DNA of 63,057 nt, the filler included, from Nemertoderma westbladi (lineage: Eukaryota; Animalia; Xenacoelomorpha), in assembly GCA_032718475.1 (NCBI GenBank). It is 3 parts of 3 records of this genome, joined end to end, with 100 filler letters (N's around TTAATTAATTAA, not from the genome) between each part and the next. Parts side by side here need not be neighbours in the genome. Positions count along the whole stretch, not along the records: positions 1 to 25,176 come from JAUCBJ010008543.1; positions 25,277 to 45,819 come from JAUCBJ010008476.1; 1 more part is not named here. One strand, written 5' to 3'. The notes beneath the pieces are model-generated. The model saw only the letters and a list, made by a program, of their open reading frames with translations, made no database searches and was not told the origin of the DNA. The number at the start of each line of letters is the position of its first letter. Positions within the stretch are counted from its first letter, which is position 1. Below are positions 22,077 to 36,114 of this stretch, piece after piece. The translations under genes were made by a program, and so were the position numbers.

Positions 22077-22975
22077 ATTGCTTCATTGTATTTTTTCCTC
22101 AGAACCGAAACTCGTGCTCAACACATTTTGAATCTACAGTAGACACACTACTTTTCAGCCCTTAAATCTTGTTCGCAAGTTTTTTCAGCCCTTAAATCAC
22201 TTGCGGATGACTTTTCAATTGTAAACATCAAATCTCATGCACATGATTCACATTCAATTTCATACAATATGCTCCTTCATAGTTACCCACCATACATTTA
22301 AATTGGCTAGGATACTTTATTCCTTCGAAGCGACGTATCCTGTCCTGTGTAGACATTATACGATGTGTAACTATGGCCTGTTAGTATAAAACTGTCTCGG
22401 AGAAACCAACTGGGAACCACACCCACAACAAAGGGAAAAAAAGTAATAATTTTAGAATCTTTAATTTTAACGGAATATTTTAACCAATAACGTTTATTTT
22501 ATAAAATAATATCTAATTTATAGTAGAAAATAAATGTATGTACAGTAGTTGGCAAATTAACAATAAGATGATAAAATATAAATATAAAACCAAAAATTAT
22601 GTTACTATAATAAATGTCTGCATGTATGCATAAACTTTATAATACAGTATGTATAGTAAGGTAGAGAGAGCCACACGTTGTAACTTTTGTTGCGGGCGCT
22701 AATAAGCGCAGTCATTATATTATTGGCTTGTTGTCAAATTGCTTTTGAATTGAATAAAATAAATGTTAAACGAAACGAACTTTTGTTGCGGTAGTTTATT
22801 TTAACTAAATTTTTGAAAGATTTGCAGCTAAACCAGGTTGGTAAATAAAAGTTACAACGTGGGAGGTGGCCTAGTTTGGGACTACTTTATTCCTTTCAAG
22901 TTTAAGGGGATTTGTTTTATTGATTCTCCGTCCCTGTGACAAATACTGTGTAATTAAAATTTAATGATTGATTAT

Positions 22976-24170
22976 CTATAGAAATGTTACTCTCTCAGAA
23001 CTACTTAAATTTAATAACCGCCTTCCTGACTGGTTATTGTTTAACCATGGTGTCGGGCTGCGCCCCCTGCTGGTGGGTCTGGGAATCCTAGAATGCGAGA
23101 CACTGCGATTTTTAAGGGGGCTAGCCTCACTGCGAGGCGATTGAGAGGCGGACGGGTAGCGGCGTGCGCGCCGAGGGTGAGTTAAATCTTCGGAAGAGCC
23201 GCCGCTCAGCAAGGAGTCATCCTCCACATCGCGATGAGTCACGATAAAACTCCCGATATTTACTCCCCTTGTAGCTCGCTCATCCCTCGCCGATACGCCG
23301 TGGTTCCGCGACAATGGCCTATCGAAATAGGACATCACCGAGTCTGCGTCCAACTCGTCGCGCCCGGCACTTAAACTCAACTCGGGACTCCTCGCCCCAC
23401 TCGCGTATTTCGGCCCGGATAGCGGGCCCGCGGATTTCGGACGTTTTGGTATCGCGAGGTACTTCCGCTGTTGTCCGGTCGTGTTATCCTTCCCGGTAGA
23501 AACACCGGCATTCCTCCGGGACTCACTGTGTCTCGAACTGTTCTTCTGTAACTCTTCGCTGTCCTGCAATGGGTTGCTATTAACCGCCTCGATCAGCTGA
23601 GCGCCGGCTCGCGATTGGTTGGCTTCCCGCGCCGATGTGTTTCGTTCTCGTATCGCCTGATACTCCGAAGCCGCCCGGTAAGCCGCCTCGATCTCCGTAG
23701 TCGGGGTGTTCCAACCTCGTCGACTGGGCCGAGGAGTGTCGCGGAAATCCGCCGATTCCGACGACATGTAATCCTCGTTGATTCCCACCGAGGACGCATC
23801 GGATCCGAGTCTCTGGGACGGGTCAGGAGATCTCGACTTGAGAATCCCGCGACTGGGACTCAGTACCGGGGAAACCGCGTGGAGTTTACGGGTCATCGAG
23901 TCCTCATTGGTAGCCGGAATCGCCACAGACAGCGGAGCACCCCTACGGGGCCCCAACCCACCCGACCGACCCACAGGGGAGCGCCCCCCAGCGGCTGTCT
24001 GTGGCATTGGAGAGTCCCTACCGCGTTGGTCGTACATGTATCCCGTCGGAATTGGTGTGTCTCGATCGTGTTTTTGCGGTTCGAGGCTGAAGTATGTCCC
24101 TGTCGACGGAGGCGTCTGCTGTTTAATCTCTTTTTGGAATGACGGATGTTGCGATTTATTCAACTCATTT
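22976..24170 (-). CDS. Large Ser/Arg/Pro-rich host exon, probably the terminal coding exon of an unidentified gene
   Basis: ~395-codon open frame, GC/CpG-rich against an AT-rich background, strong acceptor CTCTTTGTTTCCAG ending at 24171, no TE motifs. Confidence 0.6.
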
Positions 24171-24799
24171 CTGGAAACAAAGAGATTGAATACAATTAAT
24201 GATCTTGATCTACTCAGTTAGTTTCATAATTTTTGGAATATTTCAGTTCATTTGACTTGAATTGACCAATCCTGAGCCAGTGACGAACGGCTTGTATTGT
24301 TGTGAATTACATACCAGATCGATGGAATATAATATAAATATATATTAATTAATTTCTAGATTTCTAGAACGTAGTATTTATTATAAAATAAATACTAAAC
24401 TAAAATTATAAAATAATGTAATAAAATACTGAAAAATTAATGCTATTATAAACTATAATTAAAGTAATCCAAAATTGTTGATAAATTGATGTATTTGATT
24501 GGCCCTTTATGCAGCATGAACTATGATGAGTAATATTATGGTTATCAAACTTCCATATCGATCGCATTTCGACATCAAGGAACTTGACATGAAATATTTA
24601 AAACACGAATCCCAAGTTGGGGGTTAATACAGTCATTATTATATTATATTTATAAAACAGTTATTATTTTTACACTAGTGTAGTCAGCAATCCATTGGTG
24701 GGATCCTTGACCGACATATACTCAACGTCGCCGACAATAGCACGTCTGACTGCTGCAGTCGTAAATAAATAAATATGTTCATCCATATTGTTAGGCCTA

Positions 24800-25000
24800 T
24801 ACCTTGCCGCAGTAGAATTTCCTTCTCTGGCTCCAATGGAAGTGGGTTCGAGCCCAGCAAGGAGGCATGGGGAGTTTTCGCTCCTGCAAGAATGCTTTAA
24901 AGGTTCTCGTACTAGCCAGGGAGCAATGGTAGCTAAATGAGTACTGGTGTTTCCTCTGGAGTGTATAGTTCTGGGGGGCACCGCATTAGTCGTAGGAAAA
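24800..25000 (+). mobile_element. Possible tRNA-derived SINE
   Basis: A-box-like TTGCCGCAGTAG and B box GGTTCGAGCCC (~24845), followed by a body containing TAAATGAGTAC. Confidence 0.45.
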
Positions 25001-25176
25001 AAATATTCTTGATAATTCACACATTTAAGGTAAACCCCATGGAATTGAATATGAGCTGTATCACATTATCTGTCAACATTATGCATGACGTTAACATGGG
25101 AATGGACTAAAAGTACGAAGTTACAGCGCTTCTAGTAGCTACCATTACATGACAAGTGCCAATGAAACGTCATATA

Positions 25177-25276
25177 NNNNNNNNNNNNNNNNNNNNNNNN
25201 NNNNNNNNNNNNNNNNNNNNTTAATTAATTAANNNNNNNNNNNNNNNNNNNNNNNNNNNNNNNNNNNNNNNNNNNN
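25177..25276. other. Scaffold gap with artificial TTAATTAATTAA linker
   Basis: N run containing a six-frame-stop spacer. Confidence 0.99.
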
Positions 25277-25889
25277 TTCAATGTAAAAGATAATAAAAAT
25301 AACGGGGCAATTCAGCAAAGGCTTTTACATGTAGGCCTAGTAAGCTAAGCCTTTACCGTTAAAAATTTGATTACGTGACAAGGAAGCAAAATAACTACAG
25401 GAAGTGTCAACATTTCTCCCGTTAATACGCATTTAGCGCAGTGCATCCTTTAATCTGCTGATCTCGCGTATCTTAAAGTCCAACTTGTTTAACGGATTAC
25501 AGTAGGAAATTCACGGAAGCGCACCTCTCCGAGAACGGCGTGATGGTTACAAAATACTCCCCTAAGAATACCCTCCATGAATATTTTAAAGATATATTAA
25601 GGAATCAATCCCAGATAATTTCCTACAACATGGGTTCAATGAAGAAGCTCCCTATTGAATTAGACATGCCGGAGCACACCTTCCCGATAGAATAATGCAG
25701 TATATTAACCACCTCAATCGTCCAACGTTAACCTCGTGGTAGGATATTAATGTAAGCTGATTAACAACGCCCACAGAGCAAAATATTACGCGATGAATTA
25801 TAAGATTGCAAGCACCATAACTTTTTGTTTGGTAAAGTTAAAACGTGTAAAGTTAAAGCAATAATAATAATATACTGTAGGCCTACTGT

Positions 25890-26427
25890 GGGGGCGTTCA
25901 TAAAGTATGTCACGCAAATTTTTCCGATTTTTGACCCCCCCCCCCTCCCCCCTCTGTCACAAAGTGTCACACAAGCTCGACCCCCCCCCCCCCCCCCCTC
26001 TGTCACATTAGACAATTTGTAATACCCCCCCCCCCCCCCCCCGCCCCGACAAAAAATATTTTATTGTAATAATACACAATGTTTGTTATGCCAAAATACA
26101 ATATAAATTCAATCACTATATCTACATTTTCCCACGGGCAAGTCAAGTGTTCTTATTCTATATTAATAACAGGTATTACAGTGTTGGAGTCAATGGCTTC
26201 TATGTCCTACTCAATTTATCGATTATACTCAATGTTATTGAGTTTATTGTTTTCCTTAAAGTTACCCACAATGTGTGAAGTCAAAGCCAAGTCTAACATT
26301 AAAGCAAAGAACATCGCCGTGACCGTCACAAAAGTCGACACCCCCCTCCCCCCTCTGTCACAAAATGTCACGCAAGCTCTAACCCCCCCTCCCCCCCTAG
26401 TGCGTGACATACTTTATGAACGCCCCC
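25890..26427. mobile_element. PIF/Harbinger-like MITE
   Basis: 27-bp TIR GGGGGCGTTCATAAAGTATGTCACGCA and 3-bp TSD TGT. Confidence 0.8.
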
Positions 26428-26854
26428 TGTATGTGTAAATCATTGTGAAAGTAGCATTTTTCAGCAGTATGACCCGTGTGGGGGTATTTACGTACTGTGA
26501 AACTTTATTTCAGTTGTAGAATTTGGGCACTATCAACCAGAGCGTTGATAAGTGGACACAATGTAATAGAAGTAGAAGTTGGAGGGAACGGTAATTTACA
26601 CGACTTGCTTCCTGACACAGGAGTCCATATTAACCTTGAATTTTACTGATAACGACAATTAAATAACTAAAGTTCGTAAGTTTGGTAGTTTATGCGGGCA
26701 GATGAGTCCTAATTATAATCTACACGTCAATGTTAAACACGATATATATATCCTCGCTTCTCCAAATTATCACTCATCGTCTCTTAGTAACATAAATACT
26801 CAATGTAAACGAATCTATTGCTGTCACCTTGACATTTATGCACTTAAAAATAGG

Positions 26855-28619
26855 ACACGTTCGTGGGGCCTTCGCGCAGCACGAGGCCCAGTTATGAGAT
26901 ACAAATTAAAACTGAGCGACTGTATCACAAAATCAGTATTTGAAAAATTTACCCACACCACCAATCAATTAAAGAAAGGGGTAGTACGTGTTCAGCCCTT
27001 TTAATCTGCACCCCCCCCCCCCCACCCTTCCCACCCACCAATACATAACCGCGACATCTACCACCCACGGAAGGGTAGCACGAACTTATTTCCAATCGCA
27101 CGTTCAATATGCAAAGCCAGGTGGTTTATAGGAATATAATAGACGCAGTACTCGTTTTCATTATAAGCCTCGTTGCGTTCGTCCTGTTTTGAATTTAAAT
27201 ATATTTCTTAAACGCAGGCTAGGACGATCTTTATAATAATAATAACTAGGGATGCGATCAATGTGTGGAGCCAGGTGGTTTATATAATAATATAGTCAAC
27301 GCAGTACTCGTCTTCTTTATAAGCCTCGTTTTGCTCGTCCTGTTTTGTATTTAAATATATTTCCTAATCGCAGACTGACGATCTTTATAACTACCGATGC
27401 CTTCAATAGGCGAAGCCAGGTATGGTTTATAGGAATATAGTCTACGCAGTACTCGTCTTCATTATATGCCTCGTTGCGCTTGTTGCTCGTCCTGTGTTGT
27501 CATAAAATATTTTTCCTAAACGCAGACTGACGACCTTTATACAGTTATAACTATGCGAAGTTTCGAAACTGTGCGAGTAACTGCTGATACATCTATGTGG
27601 AGATGTGAGATACAACGCCAACGCATCGTATGCCGATGTAGTAATATGGGTATTGAAATAATATTAAATCAATGTACACTCTTAAAGCTGCAGCGAAAAA
27701 TTGTAGCTAATTTCCTTGGTTACATATAAAATAATAAAATTATTTTTAAGAACATTAATTTTACTACTTTACAAAAATTCAATTAAAAAATAACTAGACA
27801 AATACATTGTGGAATAAACTATTTCATATATAAGCCTACACAACAGCAATGCCATGGATTGTATTTATGTTATTATACATGTATCTGTCATTTACCTGAG
27901 ATAGCAATACAACATTTATAGTAGAGTCAATAGGAATTGGAATACAGGAAGGATGGAGGGATGTTGGATTTAAAGAATGCTGTCTGGGCTGGAATAGCAA
28001 TACTGGTTGCCTATTACTATTCTTCTCTGGTTAGTCTACAACCACAACTCCCAGCCAGCTAGCTCCACACCAGCAGAGACTTGACCAATAATCATTCCCA
28101 GCAACTGGCTGCTTTCCTTACACACACATCCTTCCATCTATGTACCAGCATGTTGGCCAATAAATGAGCAGTATTAAATGAGAATCAATTTTTTATGCCG
28201 TTTTAATTACTTTAGATCAATTAAAGACACAATTATTAAAGCAAATCACTTGAACTAATTAAAAACTATAATAGAATGGAGTATGTGGATTACATCTGTA
28301 TAATTTTTAAGTATAATTATTGAAGTCTTGTACTGTAAAATAATTACTTTCCTTTAACAGGCAGGTTGAATGTGCTGTTTTTACCGTAATCAATTTAATT
28401 AACTAATTAACTGCTATTATCTTAGCTTCTCGAAGGCCACACGAAAATTCTACTTGGAAAATTTCTAAACTTTTGCCAAACAACATGTGTACCACGTTTG
28501 GATAGATTTCATCAAAGATTGGCCGAGTTATTAACGTTTAAAATTGAACACGACAGAACGACAGGTTGATTAATGGTACCACTACGCTAAGGCTCACTCA
28601 CTTCGTGGCTCGCCCCACA
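26855..28619 (+). mobile_element. Helentron/HINE-like interspersed element, copy 1
   Basis: The ~400-bp left arm and ~190-bp right arm are shared with 43485-45098; three internal ~130-150-bp tandem units. Confidence 0.6.
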
Positions 28620-28848
28620 TCCGAAAGCATTGCGGAAGGACTGCGCTGTCGATTTAAACTGGATAAACTTCATAATTATTGTTTATCGTCGTGGTTTCGC
28701 CTATTACTAAAGTTTACAACAAAAATATAAATTTATTTTTACATTTGTTTTTATACGCCGAATGTAAAAAATAAATATACAATTAAAATCTTTCATATTC
28801 GTGAAAAATGAAGTTACTACTGTATCATAATAATCAATTTCAATACCA

Positions 28849-29915
28849 ACACAGCGCAGTGCACATAAATACAAACACAGCGCAGTGCACATAAATACAA
28901 ACACAACGCAGTGCACATAAATACAAAAACAGCGCAGTGCACATAAATACAAACACAGCGCAGCGCACATAAATACAAACACAGCGCAGTGCACATGAAT
29001 ACAAACACAGCGCAGTGCACATGAATACAAACACAGCGCAGTGCACATGAATACAAACACAGCACAGTGCACATAAATACATACACAGCGCAGTGCACAT
29101 AAATACAAACACAGCGCAGTGCACATAAATACAAACACAGCGCAGTGCACATGAATACAAACATTGCGCAGTGCACATGAATACAAACACAGTGCAGTGC
29201 ACATAAATACAAACATAGTGCAGTGCACATAAATACAAACACATCGCAGTGCACATAAATACATACACAGCGCAGTGCACATAAATACAAACACAGCGCA
29301 GTGCACATAAATACAAAACAGCGCAGTGCACATAAATCCAAACACAGCGCAGTGCACATAAATACAAACATAGTGCAGTGCACATAAATACAAACACAGC
29401 GCAGTGCACATAAATACAAAACCAGCGCAGTGCACATAAATACAAACATAGTGCAGTGCACATAAATACAAACACAGCACAGTGCACATAAATACAAACA
29501 TAGTGCAGTGCACATAAATACAAACATAGTGCAGTGCACATAAATACAAACACAGCGCGGTGCACATAAATACAAAAACAGCGCAGTGCACATAAATACA
29601 AACATAGTGCAGTGCGCATAAATACAAACATAATAATAAGTGAATTGTCATATTGTCCTATTTACATTGTATAAATACAAACATAGTACAGTGCACATAA
29701 ATACAAACATAGTGCAGTGCACATAAATACAAACACAGCGCAGTGCACATAAATACAAACACAGCGCAGTGCACATAAATACAAACACAGCGCAGTGCAC
29801 ATAAATACAAACACAGCGCAGTGTACAATAAATACAAACGCAGCGCAGTGCACATAAATACAAACACAGCGCAGTGCACAATAAATACAAACACAGCGTA
29901 GTGCAGTGCACATAA
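28849..29915. repeat. 26-bp minisatellite, ~38-40 copies in two blocks
   Basis: Unit AAACACAGCGCAGTGCACATAAATAC; accounts for the Cys-rich ORFs in all three minus frames. Confidence 0.97.
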
Positions 29916-30129
29916 AAAAACAAAACAACTAAAAAAACAAGTAGAGACCCAGAACGACTAATTAAATGTACATTAAATAAATTAAATGTTAATTGGGTTG
30001 TTGTCGGCTATTTGGTGGTTAGGAAGATTTAGTATGTTGTATTTTTTATATTTAAAAACTATTACCAACAATGTCGTCCCCGAGTTGGGTATATGGTCGG
30101 GATACAGAGCAACCCGACCAGCATATAAT

Positions 30130-32063
30130 AAAAGCTCACAAGGAATCATCCAAGAAGCACATTCGCCAGAAACCCAAACGAAAATATTATGTGCCATGGC
30201 AAGACTCTGAAGTTACTGTACTTGTAAGAGAGATCGTAATTTAGCCTACAAAGTAAAAATCGAACAGCCAACAACAGAAAACATCAACAAGGTTGAGAAA
30301 GCTAAGGAATATCTTAAATTGACCTACAACATCAGCCAGGAAAAGTACATACAGGATAAAACTGAAGCAATTACAACTGCTCACATACAGCAACAATCAA
30401 GACTTACCTGGCAAACTGTAAATGAGGTATCTGGTCGGAAAAGTTGTGCTAAGGGGCGCCGCGCCTCAAAGCTGACAGCTACAGTATCACTTCAGCAACT
30501 TGCTTGGGCAGCCACCAAACATCGGGGTCAGCCCAAAAAGGAAAATATATGACAAGACGCTACCTATAGAAACAGGTGACTTACACCCGCCGAACTCCAA
30601 AGAAGCATTAAAAGCATGTCCAATAATAAAGCGAGTGGATTAGATGAAATCCCAGCGGAGGTATGGAAAACCGGAGTGCTAAACAGACCATTATTGAATG
30701 TTTGCAACCGGATGTTAAAAGGGGAAAAGCCCCCACCAATTTGGACTAAAGGTCAACTAAAGCCTCTCCCTAAGAAAGGAAACCTCGGCATACCAACAAA
30801 CTATCGTGGGATCTGTCTGCTTGTGGTAGCTGCCAAAATATACAATAAAATGATTCTATATAGGATTAGGCCACACATAGAGTAACTACTGCATAAGAGC
30901 CAAAACGGATTTCGACCAAATAGATCAACAATAGCTCAGATACTTGCGCTATGGAGACTGTTTGAGGGAATTAAGTCAAAGAATCTCCCCGCTGTCCTGA
31001 CATGTGGATTTCAAGAAAGCATTCGACTCAACCCATAGAGGTAAAATGCTGGAAATCCTAAGAGCTTATGGAATACCAGAGGTAATTGTGGCTGGGATTG
31101 GAATATTATATTGTGACACAGAAGCGCAGGTACTCTCACCAGATGGTGAAACTGAGTTCTTCTCAATCCTGGCTGGCTTACTGTAAGGTTAAACATTGGC
31201 GGCATTACTGTTTGTAATTGTGCTGGATTATGCAATGAGGACGGCCACAAAGGGTGGAGATCTTGGATTCACATTACAAGAACGCAGCTAAGTAGTAGAT
31301 ATCCGGCAACTACAGTCACAGACACCGACTTTGCGGATGACATCGCCCTGCTCTCTAATACGCTAGCAGATGCACAGCTTCTACTAAACAAAGTGGAGTG
31401 GGCTGCTAATGAGGTTGGATTGCATATAAATGCTACCAAGACCGAATTCATGACTTTTAATGTTAATTGATAATAATCAACTAAGGAAGGTTCACGACTT
31501 CCAGTACCTAGGATCATGGATAGAGAGTAGCAAAAAAGACATAGAAGTTAGGAAAGCAAAGGCTTGGGTAGCTCTATCAAAAATGGATACCATCTGGAAA
31601 TCAGATCTCTCCAGGCACCTGAAGACTAAGTTCTTTCGAGCCACAGTGGAAAGTGTATTTTTAATCGGGGGTGAGACCTGGACACTGACTAAATCACTTG
31701 AACAACGAATTGATGGTTGCTACACAAGACTACTAAGGGCAGCCCTAAACATCAGCTGGATACAACACATGACAAACGCCGAGCTTTATGGTACAATACC
31801 ACCTGTATCAACCACCCTCCGTGAACGCAGATTAAGATTCAGTGGCACTGCTGGAGAAGTAAAGACGAGATCATACCAGATCTACTTTTCTGGCAACTAA
31901 CTCATGGAAAGCGTAGTCGTGGACGACCGGCCATAACATATATATATCAACTTGAAAGGGATACTGAACTTGGGAGAAACGAAATTGTGACAACTATGCA
32001 GAATCGGGAAGCCTGGAAGGATCTCATTTCCACTGTCCGAGTTCGTTCGACCTAGTAGTAGTA
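30130..32063 (+). mobile_element. Decayed 5'-truncated RTE-like LINE
   Basis: KASGLDEIPAEVWK, NYRGICLL, QNGFRPNRST, DFKKAFDS, DFADD and YLGSWI across frameshifts; (TAG)n tail at ~32053. Confidence 0.88.
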
Positions 32064-32218
32064 TTTTGAAATTTTTGTCCATATGTTTCTATAAACTGTT
32101 CATATTTAACAAAATTTGGAGAAATTCCGCCTTAGTACACAGCAACAATTTTCCGATAAAATTTCCAACCGATCTAGAAATAAACACAGTACGGAATAGT
32201 AAGTAGTGAACTTTATAT

Positions 32219-32340
32219 TAGGGATGTCCCGGAATTCCGTTCCGGCCGGAATTCCGGCGGTTTTTGCCCGATTCCGGTTCCGGCCGGAATTGCCGGAATG
32301 GGGTCAATTCCGGCCGGAATTTTACCGGAATTGCCAGGTT
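32219..32340. mobile_element. hAT-like transposon end
   Basis: TAGGGATG terminus followed by clustered CCGGAATT subterminal repeats; matching end not found. Confidence 0.5.
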
Positions 32341-32982
32341 CCTAACTAGTTTGATAGTTGCACATTTTGCACGTTGGCACGCAGTGCTTTGCAGTTGCAC
32401 GTTTGATATGTAAAACATTTCCAAAAACATTTCACCTGGTAATCAAACTAAAATGGTCCCACCATATGTTACACCATCTACTGTAGTATTCATATACAAT
32501 TCACAATAACCATCGTAATTTACATTAACTAATGAAATGCATCAATAGGCCCGGGCCCCACTGGTCAGAATGTTAACGCAATAATTTTTATTGTCCGTTT
32601 AAATCCTTTTTTTGTCCTTTTTTTTATTTTTTATGTCCTCCAAAAGTCTAATGCAGTAATGTTAGGTTCCATGCTACCGGTTTCTCTACTGCTGTTCTCT
32701 CAGGCTATCAGTACCGGTATTAGTATATATAGCACTATTTTGCTGTATTGTATGTACAGATGTATGTATAAAGCAGGTATTTCTGTATTTTAGTACCGGT
32801 ACCGGCACCGGTACTGCTATAGGCCTACTGTGTAGCCTACCATTTAAATACGGTAATGGTAGGCCTACCGGTTGTGCTAATAAATTTTACATAATTGATA
32901 GGCCAAACTGGATTGCAGGATTGTGGAAAATGTGGATATACCTTTCACATAATTTAGGCCTATTACTGTATTAGTTTTATCG

Positions 32983-33415
32983 TCTCTGTAACCTGCTCCT
33001 TTCCCTCAATTAGTTAAATGATCGTTTATTGTTTTGGTTGGAAAATCCCGCCTCTGTAACCTGCTGTCCCTTTCCCTCAATTAGTTAAGTGATTGTTTAT
33101 TGTTTTGGTTAGAAAATTCCGCCTCTGTAACCTGTCCCTTTCCCTCAATTAGTTAAATGATAGTTTATTGTTTTGGTTAGAAAATCCCGCCTCTGTAACC
33201 TGCTCCTTTCCCTCAATAAGTTAAGTGATCGTTTATTGTTTTGGTTAGAAAATCCCGCCTCTGTAACCTGCTCCTTTCCCTCAATTAGTTAAGTGATCGT
33301 TTATTGTATTGGTTAGAAAATCCCGTCTCTGTAACCTGCTCCTTTCCCTGATTTGGTAAAGTGACTGTTTATTGTTTTGGTTAGAAAACTCAGCCTTAAC
33401 CTGCTCCTTTCTATC
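32983..33415. repeat. ~68-bp tandem repeat, ~6 copies
   Basis: CTCTGTAACCTGCTCCTTTCCCTCAATTAGTTAAGTGATCGTTTATTGTTTTGGTTAGAAAATCCCG; diverged copies near 34495 and 40640-40770. Confidence 0.9.
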
Positions 33416-35875
33416 AATTGGTAATTGTTTTTGGCTATAAAATGAGTGTTTTGCTACGTCATGTGGTAATCGATTATCAACAACAACTACAAACTATTAA
33501 ATATAGAGTCTTTTTACCACAGGCGCATATGGAAATCTATCTCATAGTCTATAAATCATGGAATGTTTTGGCACAGGCATAGTGAAATCAACTGTCTGAC
33601 ATTCCAGAAATCAGCAGTCTGACAGTTTGAAGAAATACATACATAAAAAGTCATTAAAAGGACAACAAAAGTCATTATGCATAATTCGTAAAAAAAAAGG
33701 ACAAAAAAAGTCAAATAAAAGGACATAAAAAATCACTGCCGAATGTTAAAATGAATGCCTCCTTGCTCCATTGGTAACACAAGTCATAAGTCATTTGATA
33801 AAAAATATAAGATGCATCTCACATTTACTGCATATTTATACGCAAAGTAACCAATCACAGGCATCTTGCCGGATATAACACATGATTCATATGTCAAAAG
33901 ATGGAACATGGGACATAATCACTCTCGACTCATAGGTCGTAACTTACGATTTACCAGTGGAGACGCCCCCATTGAAACCAATGTGTTCCATAATTTATTC
34001 TGACTAAGACTACATAAGACTTTATACCAGTGGAGCACGGGCCTTAAATAGTGGTTTTTCCAATTTGCTTTTTACAATTTGCTTATAAAATGACGTTTTT
34101 TAGATTGATCTTACAACATTTTACATTTATTTTATATTATTTTACTTTGAATTAATTATTAAATAATATGATAATATTATGATTGGTATTGTCATTGTCC
34201 AACGTAACATATAGGATGACCCCTAAAGATTTGCAGCTTATTTCCATGGGGGTCCTTTATGTTATTTGGTTACAAATACAATATTACTCAATTACAATTA
34301 CTACTCTAACCTAAATCTAATATAAACGTTATTACAACACGTACAGGTCAGCTGCGAGTGGTCTTTAGTTCAGTTCTGCGTCGAAGGTGCTGCATAATAT
34401 AGTAGTTTAATTTTTATTTACAGCAAATCCATTTCTTACCATAAATCTATTTATTCCCAGCAATAATTAAACTGTAACATGTACTATTGGCCTCGTTTAT
34501 TGTTTTGGTTCGAATAACATGTCACTGTGACATGCTCCTTTCCCTTAAAGACACCAGGATATTGCACCAAAGGACCTAATGACGCGAAACCATAGGTTTT
34601 TGTTTAACGTAGGTTTTTAGGTATGAGTCTAAATGCTAATAACCTAACTTTTGGCCAAAGTTATAGATTTTAGAAAAATTTTGTATTGAATTCCCTGTCG
34701 TTCAATGCCGAAGTACCATCCCGTCCCATTACGGCCCAGGCCACTCTACACTACACCCACTTTAATTCCGCCCAAGGTTCTGATTCCTCCTCTCATTATC
34801 AAATATCAAAGCCAGAACAACAAACACCAAAAAGTTTCGTTTCGATTCGAGAAAATCTAAAGACACTATAAAATGTGCCTCAGTGTGCATCAGCCTTCTC
34901 CTATTTTTTGCACAGAGATTTGGGAAGATACAATTAGTAATATTAAATAGGGGTTGGCTATCAGAATATAATTTTTTAATGGCAAAACATTTTTTTATTC
35001 TTAAATTGTTACAAAATCGGGAGAAAAATAAGTACTTTTTTCCCGGCGAAAAAAGGAAAATAAAATATTTTTGGTGGAATGTCTTAAAATGTGTTGAAAG
35101 AAATAATTAAATAGCTTCTGCCCTGAACTCTTTCTTTATAGGAGTAAAAAACTTTATCTTAAAAAGAAACAAGTGTTTCTATTATATTATAGACATTGAT
35201 ATAATATTTATTACATTAAATGATAATCGATCGAATTTTTTCTTCATTTGAAATGATTTTCGATTAATTTTTCACTATTCCAAATATCAAACATTTTTAA
35301 CAAAACTGTTATAAATCATGTAGGGTAGGCTAACTGTAGTTGTAAAAGCAAAACAGTTACTTATCCTTTTATTTTATTATTCATTATTGTTGTTTTTGGC
35401 AACATTTTAAGCTGCAGGGCATATAAATTCAGGATCGGGACGGGATCCGAATATTCCATCGGGATCCCGTTGCAACACTAGTAGGTTATTGTGGCTCTCA
35501 AATCCCCAATATACCGATTTAGGATTTATTAAAGCTGCGATGGAGAGGATATATTTTTGTTTTGGTGGTTGTCCTAATCCTACAAACATACCAAATCGAG
35601 ATAATTAGCCAAATGTTTGCAGTGTCCTTTAAAATATCCTAGTTTTTCCATACTTATTGACTAACTAGTAAACCAATGCTACAAAAATAGCAACCCCTGT
35701 TACTGTAAAACTGGGAGGAAATTCTGTGGAAAAACCAAATATAATTGCCTCGTTATTTATTTAGGAAGTAAATGCACATGTCTCAAGGATATATTATCTG
35801 GTCTATTGATGCAACATGATGCCAGTACGTTGCAGACACCTTATTGGTTGCTGCTAACCAATAACCATCCAATCA

Positions 35876-36016
35876 TTAGGCAGTATCCATCGCCAAGGCT
35901 GAGGCCGCATCTTCCTCTGTAAACTTCCCCTTCTCCTGTCCCTGCAACCGACCCTTCAATTTACGCTCTAATAAATTCTTCCTGTCTTTATCTAACTTCA
36001 ATTTCGTTATAACCAC
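35876..36016 (-). CDS. RPL26: 60S ribosomal protein L26 (uL24), last coding exon
   Basis: TACAG acceptor, then [19 protein letters not shown]...EKGKFTEE...MDTA-TAA. Confidence 0.95.
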   Translation of the reverse strand: MVITKLKLDKDRKNLLERKLKGRLQGQEKGKFTEEDAASALAMDTA

Positions 36017-36114
36017 CTGTAATGTTAAATTACAAACTACTGCAGTAATAAAATATTAAGAATATAAAAAGTTACATAAGTGTTACAATGTTTGAATTAT
36101 CAATAATTAAACGA

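Noticed and set aside
22674-22861. Small MITE with a 15-bp inverted repeat CACGTTGTAACTTTT
   Set aside because: The repeat is real, but there is no clear TSD or second copy to classify it.
23314-24221. Plus-strand ORFs overlapping the host exon
   Set aside because: Antisense shadows of GC-rich coding sequence; the same applies to shadows over LINE ORFs.
25177-25276. Conserved TTAATTAATTAA motif (also at 45864-45875)
   Set aside because: Artificial six-frame-stop linker inside N gaps; continuity across the gaps is uncertain.
28707-29928. Cys-rich metallothionein/keratin-like ORFs
   Set aside because: Open in all three frames because the 26-bp unit lacks stops on that strand.
34545-35631. 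Kolobok-like element with TTAA ends
   Set aside because: The putative TIRs match too poorly.
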